A DNA stretch of 64,000 nt, from positions 131,192,001 through 131,256,000 of the forward strand of contig NC_042999.1 of the NCBI RefSeq assembly GCF_006345805.1, written 5' to 3'. The notes below the pieces were generated by a model that made no database searches, was not told the origin of the DNA, and was given only the letters and a program-made list of their open reading frames with translations. The translations under genes were made by a program, and so were the position numbers. Positions 63,257-64,000 of this stretch are shown here, piece by piece (within the stretch, counting starts at the first letter, position 1; every line of letters starts with the position of its first letter). The stretch comes from Octopus sinensis (taxonomy: Eukaryota).

Positions 63257-63470
63257 GTTTCAAATTTTGGCACAAGGCTAGCAGTTTCAGAGGAGGGGAC
63301 AAGTCGATTACGTTGACCAATGCTCCAACTGGTTCTCATTCTATCGATCCCGAAAGGGCGAAAAAGAAAGTCGGCCTAGGTGGAATTTGAACTCAGAACA
63401 TAAAGACGGACGAAATGCCGCTAAGTATTTTGCCCAGCATGCTAACGATTCTGCCTGCTCGCCGCCTTAG
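63257..63470 (-). mobile_element. SINE family B copy
   Basis: Full consensus from TTTCAAATTTTGGCACAAGG to GCTCGCCGCCTT. Confidence 0.87.
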
Positions 63471-63625
63471 TATGCATGAATAATAATAGTATCTGTTAAT
63501 AGTAATATGAGTTATAATTACAGTATTAAAGTTCACAACAATTAGAATTTTTTCAAAATTATATCGTTTGAGGAAACGATTTCACTGTCGTCTTAAGGCA
63601 ATGGGCAGTTGGCCGGGGGCCTCAC

Positions 63626-63885
63626 AGGTCTAGGGCCCCAATTCTGTAAATGAATAAATACTATAGGACCCAGTGCACTGATTTGCTTTGGAACCCATAA
63701 TGCCGCTAAGATGACCCTGCTACTAGTTTTAAATGCAATATTGGTATTCATCAGATTTTCACATAAAAAGTATCGTTCCATCTCATTATCTATCTCAATC
63801 GTTCCTTGATGTATTTTAGTCATTAATTGTTCCGAATTTTTGTTAAAGAAAAAAGCACTAATTTTCTCGGTCGCTTGAGAATTCT
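63626..63885 (-). CDS. Candidate exon of unassigned minus-strand gene: (E)NSQATEKISAFFFNKNSEQLMTKIHQGTIEIDNEMERYFLCENLMNTNIAFKTSSRVILAALWVPKQISALGPIVFIHLQNWGPRP
   Basis: Acceptor ttttatttgcgtttcaactag|AG, open frame of 86 codons, phase-0 donor CCT|gtgagg. The donor position is uncertain because weaker in-frame GT sites lie upstream. Confidence 0.4.
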
Positions 63886-64000
63886 CTAGTTGAAACGCAA
63901 ATAAAAGGATTAATTCCTAATCTCCAATAAAATTTTAAAGTCTGTTGTTATTTTATGTTATTTTAATTTCATAGAATTATAAAGACATTTCCAAAACCGC

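Overview
AT-rich (eukaryotic, intron-rich) genomic DNA whose repeat content (tRNA-derived SINEs, RTE tails ending in (GAT)n, very long (TA)n/(TATG)n arrays) resembles an octopod cephalopod genome as I recall them; this assignment is inference, not a database result. Two convergent genes can be reconstructed by hand. (1) Plus strand, 797-15279: the last seven coding exons (262 aa) of an LPCAT1/LPCAT2-like lysophospholipid acyltransferase with C-terminal EF-hands. All junctions are GT-AG and phase-compatible. (2) Minus strand, about 63885 down to 29907 (possibly 26401): a phase-compatible chain of 7-8 exons encoding a protein I cannot assign to a family; its 5' end lies beyond the window. The rest is microsatellite and decayed mobile DNA: mariner (DD34D) and maT-type (DD37D) elements, hAT and mariner MITEs, a Helitron helicase remnant, RTE, CR1, Tx1/L1-like and Penelope-like retroelements, a Gypsy RNase H fragment, at least three SINE families and three families of long fold-back palindromes. 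There is one 100-N gap (4223-4322). No rRNA, tRNA gene or CRISPR array is supported. Most ORFs in the supplied track are microsatellite artefacts. Repeat boundaries are approximate (tens of bp); exon boundaries were counted to the base.
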